64,000 nt of DNA, taken from positions 1,736,001 to 1,800,000 of the forward strand of contig BQFW01000009.1 in the NCBI GenBank assembly GCA_020891255.1. The letters run 5' to 3'. Of this stretch, positions 58,289 through 64,000 are shown in pieces. The notes beneath the pieces are model-generated. The model saw only the letters and a program-made list of their open reading frames with translations. It was not told the origin of the DNA and made no database searches. Origin of the DNA: Entomortierella parvispora E1425. Lineage: Eukaryota > Fungi > Mortierellomycota. Within the stretch, counting starts at the first letter, position 1; the number at the start of each line of letters is the position of its first letter. Position numbers and translations under genes: made by a program.

Positions 58289-61200
58289 ATGGGTGACTCT
58301 TACTGCCGAGACCCCGAAGGATGGGTGAGTGTCTTGTCTCTCTCCTCTGGCTCACCCCTTATTCTCCGATTCATTTCAAGTTCAATGAGCTAACCGTCTC
58401 TCTGCTCCTTTTTTTTTCATTTTCTGAACTCGCCATCAGGGTCCAACAAGCAGCAGCCGTCCTGATCTGACGCTCTGTTTTGAATGGACGTAAGTATCGA
58501 TGCTGGTTCACCCCTTTCGGTCAAGTTGTGACTTTTCGAGGTTCATCTTTTTTTTTTTTTTTTTTTTTTTTTTTGGCTCAAAAGTCTCAAAGAACCAAAA
58601 ATGTTGGGGTGTGTGTGCGTGTGTGTGTGTGTGTGTGGTCATGGCATTGCGGCTGAACAAATAAACAAAGCTTTGCGTGGCCACTAGGGAGATTGTGTGC
58701 ACTGATGATTGTCATTCATTTCATGTCTGTTGCCGCTGGCTTCCGTTGTTCAAGAAACAACTTCCTTCTTGACGAGAAAAGTCCTGCCTTTCGGCCTGGC
58801 TTGAGAGCAACGTAAATCGACTGATTTGTGCGTGGTGAGGAGGGTGGCACAAACGAGAGCAGAAACAGCCTCCTCTGAACGTTATTTGCCCTTTGTTGGC
58901 TGACAGCCACGTAGAGGGCTCGGGTTGTTTCTGTCCGAGTTTTCACCTCCGCCGCAGGGTGGCGTCGGTGCGATGATCGGAATTTGGACAATTGGGACAC
59001 CGAGGGTCCACCACAGCTGGGGGTGGTCATAGCCTGCAAGGCTGCGCCTCTCCTCTGGCCAGAACAAACGCGCATGCGCGTTCTTGACTCTTCGTTGGCG
59101 GGTATCTTGCGCTTTATACTCATCTGCTGCTCTTAACTCTCTCACTCTGCCTTACCTCATCGTGTCCTGCATCGATGCCTTAGTATCCTCATGGCCCTCC
59201 CGGCTTTCCTGGCCATCCTGGCCTTTACTTTCCGAGCATTCTCGCTTTTGTCTCAAGGCACGCGTCATGGCCATGGTATCACCTGGGTCCTCTATGTACC
59301 TTCTCAGCTATTGGCTATTGGTGCCGTTGCCGCGTTGATGACGCGTGCTGTTGTCTTATCTCAGCAGGACTCTGGTTACGCCGTCTCTTCCATGCTGGGC
59401 ATGGGCTTGATGATTGTCGCCTGGGTGCTGTCCATTGGACTCAACCACCTTGAATCTCTCTTTGAGATTCGTGCGTCGCAATACATCTTCAGTTACAGTG
59501 CCATCTCTGTGATCGCCTCCGCCATCACGGTCCGAACCATGCATGATACTCAGCAAACAACTCAAGAGCAATTCAAGTGCTTTGTCGCCTTCCTAGCTAT
59601 CAATTGCGCTCATCTGGTCGTCGAATCGTTGCCTCGGGGTCGCACCGTCGTTCAGAAGAAGAGCGAAGCTAGTCAGTACGAGAAGGCCAACATGTTCTCT
59701 CGCATCAGGTAATGTCTTGTTCGTAGAATGATGAATCTGAGTGCCCGTTTCGAACTCGAGCGACGACGTTCTCACCACCTTTTTTTTTCCTTTTCCTTTT
59801 CCTTTTCCTTTTTTTTTTGACCTTCCCTTTATTCTGCAGTTTCCACTACATGCAGCGCATCATCTCCCTCGGATACAAGCGTCCTCTTGTCCAAGCCGAC
59901 ATTGATGGCTTAATGCCCAAACGACTCCAAGCTGCAAATAGTCATCAGCGACTCTCCACCCGCTGGAACGCTTCCGCAAAGAAGCACCTTGCCAAGGGCA
60001 CCGAGCCCTCGCTCCTCCGCATCATCATGACCTCCTTCAATTCCCAGTGGGCCTCTATCCTGGTGGTCCGTCTCCTCACATCCATTATGACCTATGTTTC
60101 CCCACAACTCCTCAACAGTCTTTTGGGTTTCATTACGTCTTACTCTATCCCCGGTGAAGAGAATAAGCCCGTCACCCTCGGTATCATCTTGGCCTTTGGC
60201 ATGTTCTTCAGCTCCATCATTGTCACGTTCTTTAACGCACAGCTGCAAGCCCAGACAGTCAGTGTCGGTCTCGAGGTGCGAACCGCCCTCATGTCGATGG
60301 TCTACCGCAAGGCCCTCCGTCTCTCCAACGCCGCCAAGAATGAATCCTCAGCGGGTCAGATTACCAACCTGATGTCTGTGGATGCTGAACGTTGGAGCAT
60401 GTCTGCCTCGTTTATTCCCATGGTGATCTCTGTCCCCTTTGAGATTGCCATTGCTACCTGGATGTTGTATATGCAGATCGGTTGGCCAATCCTAATTGGT
60501 CTCCTCACTGTGATTATCATGTTGCCCGTCCACGCCAAATTGTCCGGTTACTTTCAATTTTTCAGAGCCGCCAAGATGAAGGCTATGGACAGTCGTCTCA
60601 AGCTCGTGAACGAAGTCCTTGCGGGAATGAAGATTGTCAAGCTCTACAACTGGGAAGACTCTTTCAAGGAGAAGGTCGCCGTCGTCCGCCGCGATGAACT
60701 CAAGCTCCTCAAGAAATTCGGTACCGTCTTTGCGTGGGTGGCCTTGGTCTTCTTGTCCACACCCTTGGTCATCACATTGGTCTCGTTGGCCGTGTTTGCA
60801 ACCCATGGTGGACCTAATTTCACTCCTGGTGATATCAACCCCCAGACGATTTTTGTGAGTATCTCCCTCTTTGGATTGATCAGTCAACCCATCAGCTCCA
60901 TGTCCAGTACCTTGTCCCAGATTACCAGTATCACTGTTGCGACCCGACGTATTCAAAAGTTCCTCCTGTCTGAGGAACTGGACGAGACCATGATTATCCG
61001 CGAGCCTGAGGATGGTCAAGATCAGTCCTCGTCTGTTGTCGAGATTCAAGATGCCGTCTTTGCTTGGTGCCCCGAACATGCCCCGGTCGAAACCGAGAAA
61101 CAGAAACGCACCCGTGAGAAGGAAGAGGCCAAGGCCCAAAAAGAACTCGAAGCCAAGCTCAAGAAGATGGGCAAGCCCATCCCTGAAAAGAAGAAGGACT

Positions 61201-64000
61201 CTCCTGTGGATTACTCGCCCACGCTGGTGGACATTAACCTGTCTGTTCCACGAGGCCAGCTTGTGGCCATTGTGGGCCGTGTTGGACAAGGCAAAACTTC
61301 GTTGTTGAGTGCATTGATTGGAGAGATGTACAAGCGCCAAGGAACCGTTCGCATCAAGGGAAGAATTGCTTACGCCGCGCAACAAGGTACCAAAAAAAAA
61401 AAAAAAAAAAAAAAAAATCGGGGGAATTTGATGTCTCTTTGTGCTTTTGTCCTTGTTCCGCAGGTGGACTGACTCTCTTTTGCCCCCTCATTCAATAGCA
61501 TGGATTGTGAACGCTACTTTGAGAGACAACATTACATTCGGCCTTGAGTACGACCAAGAAAAGTATGATGCCATCGTTGCTGCGTCGGGTCTTCTTCCCG
61601 ATATTGCCATGCTTCCAGCTGGAGATGCGACCGAGATTGGTGAGCGCGGTATCAACTTGTCGGGTGGTCAAAAGCAACGTGTCTCTCTCGCTCGCGCCGC
61701 CTACCAGGATGCCGATGTCTACTTTCTGGATGATCCTCTCAGTGCTGTGGACGCTCACGTCGATCAACATCTCTGGGAGAACTTGATCGGACCCAACGGA
61801 TTGCTCAAGGACAAGACCCGACTTCTTGTCACCCATGGTATCCACCATCTCGAGCATGTCTCTCAGATCGTAGTCGTCAAGGACGGAAAGATTTCAGAGA
61901 ACGGCCACTATGACGAACTCATGGAAGCCCAGGGAGCGTTTTACCAACTGATCGATGAATACTCTATCAACTCTCGCAAGAACCAAAAGAAGAAGGCATC
62001 CGACTCTGACGATGGCGAAAACCTCGGAAGTGAAGACGAGAAGAGTGACGCGTCTACCGAGAAGGGTGATCAGAAGGAAACGACTAAAGATGTGATCAAG
62101 GTAGCCCCCAAAAAGGAGGACAAGGCCGAGTTGATTGCCGCTGAGAACATGGTCATGGGCCGTGTCTCCTGGGGTGTTTATGACATTTATCTCCGAGCAG
62201 CGTAAGCAACAGAGTGACGATGCTTGAGAAAGAAGGTGCCCAAGACCTCATGTTAACCCATTCTCTTTTCCTACGATCATAGTACCTACCGCAACTCGAT
62301 TCTGTGCGTGGTCCTTTATATCTTGTCGCAGTCCTGCCAGATCGGCACCAATTTGTGGCTTGAGCATTGGACCAGTGTGTCGCCAAATCAAGCGCGTTCC
62401 CCGGGCATGTTCTTGGGCATTTACGCTGTGATCACCGTCATGTACATGATCCTGTCCTTTTCTGTCACCTATGTCATCATGGTTTGGGCTGGTCTTCGTG
62501 CTACGGCTCGCCTTCACGATGACCTTTTGCATTCGATCCTCCGCTTGCCCATGTCGTTTTTCGATACCACTCCTTTGGGTCGTATCGTGAACCGTTTCTC
62601 GACTGATATCTTTGCTACCGACAACACGCTTCCTTGGAGCTTTATGGCCTTGCTCATGTACGGTGTCTCCGTTTTGGGAACCGTGATTGTGATTGCTTGC
62701 ACCACTCCAATCTTCCTGGCCATTGTCCCGCCCCTCGGTGTGGGCTTCATGCTTGTCCAGTCCTACTACATCCGACCTTCCCGATCTCTGAAGCGAATTG
62801 ATTCGACCAGTCGCTCCCCAGTTTATCAGCACTTTACCGAGACCTTGGTCGGTGTATCGACCATCCGCGCCATGGAAGTGGACGAGCGATTTATCCATGA
62901 TAATGAAAGAAAGTCCTCCACTTCTGCCAACGCCTACTTCACCTATCAGATGGTAGCCCGTTGGTTGCAGATCCGTTTGGAGACCCTGGGTGCCGTCATT
63001 GTCTTGGCCGCTGCTCTCTTTTCTGTCTTGGATCGTCGCTCGTTGAGCCCTGGAATGATTGGTATGAGTTTGTCCTACGCCATGACGGTGACTTCGACTA
63101 TCTCACAGTTGATCCGTAACTTTTGCGATCTTCAGAACCAATTGGTCTCTGTCGAACGTGTGGATGAATATCTGAACAAGAATCCTGAATCGCCTCAAGT
63201 AGTCGATGAGGATAATAAGTTGCCCGAGAACTGGCCCCGAGAGGGACGCGTCGAATTTAAAAACTACTCGACCCGTTACCGCCAAGGATTGGACCTTGTT
63301 ATCAAGAACATCAACTTTGAGGTCCTACCCGCGGAGAAGGTTGGTATCGTGGGTAGAACTGGTGCCGGAAAGTCTTCATTGACTTTGGCCCTCTTCCGTA
63401 TTGTCGAAGCTGCCAACTCGCACTGGGCCAAGGCCAGTCATAACGGAGCTGATGTGGACACTGTTTTGTCTGAGGAGGAGCAGATTGTTGATTTGGAAAA
63501 AGTCGAGGTCGAGGAAGACGGAGGATCGATCTGGATCGATGGTGTTGATATTTCAACTGTTGGCTTGAGTCGCCTCCGAAGGAGCCTGGCCATCATTCCT
63601 CAAGACCCCACCTTGTTTGCTGGTACCGTTCGCGAGAACTTGGATCCTTTTGATGAGCTCGAGGATGCTGCCCTCTGGGAAGCCCTGGAACGTGCTCATT
63701 TGAAGGAGTACATCTCTTCCCTGTCTGGAGGTCTTTCTTTCAAGGTCTCCCAGAACGGAGACAACTTTTCGGTTGGTCAACGATCCCTGATCTGTCTTGC
63801 TCGTGCTCTTTTGAGAAAGACAAAGATCCTCGTTTTGGACGAGGCCACGGCCGCTGTTGATGTTGAGACGGACGAGCTCATCCAAAAGACGATCCGTAAA
63901 GAGTTCAAGGATCGCACCATCTTGACCATTGCCCATCGTATCAAGACCGTCATGGACTCTGACAAGATCTTGGTCCTTGAGAAGGGATGCGTCGAGGAAT
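58289..64000 (+). CDS. ABCC/MRP ABC exporter, paralog 2, 3'-partial; exons 58289-58324, 58440-58489, 59184-59708, 59840-61386, 61499-62201, 62283->64000
   Basis: Starts MGDSYCRDPEGW|GPTS. NBD1 has VGRVGQGKTSLL, LSGGQKQRVSLARA and FLDDPLSAVD. NBD2 has GRTGAGKSSL, FSVGQRSL and VLDEATAAVD. The frame is open at the window end and all intron phases match. Confidence 0.95.

Noticed and set aside
30964-64000. A lipid/NADPH metabolic gene cluster (NAD kinase, peroxisomal carrier, lipase, two ABCC exporters)
   Set aside because: There is no core biosynthetic enzyme and the genes are interspersed with unrelated ones; co-location alone is insufficient without synteny or co-expression data.
1-64000. tRNA, rRNA or intact transposable elements
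   Set aside because: I recognised no tRNA T-loop/cloverleaf, rRNA segment, transposase/RT/integrase motif, LTR pair or terminal inverted repeat by eye. tRNAscan-SE and RepeatMasker would be needed to exclude them fully.

Overview
Intron-rich eukaryotic (fungal) genomic DNA of roughly balanced GC content. Assignment to Mortierellaceae (Mucoromycota) is inferred from the gene families and was not tested. I reconstructed 14 protein-coding loci by hand from splice sites, checking that exon phases match and that complete models sum to whole codons. In order they are: a Pcl1/2-type Pho85 cyclin (partial), a secreted acidic protein, a secreted two-domain protein broken by a +1 frameshift, a HAL/HRK1-type kinase, LETM1/MDM38, an uncharacterised low-complexity protein, an Inn1/Fic1-like C2 protein, a Snc1 v-SNARE, a PB1-domain NAD kinase, a 1805-aa NACHT-WD40 NLR-like protein, a PMP47-type peroxisomal carrier, an ABCC/MRP exporter, a C2-lipase class 3 protein and a second ABCC/MRP paralog (3'-partial). 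There is also a clear C2H2 zinc-finger pseudogene, weaker coding relics and many microsatellites and homopolymers. I recognised no rRNA, tRNA, CRISPR array or intact transposon. The top candidate for novelty is the NAD kinase. Once three small 5' exons are spliced, it carries a complete N-terminal PB1 scaffold domain, which the ORF track does not show.
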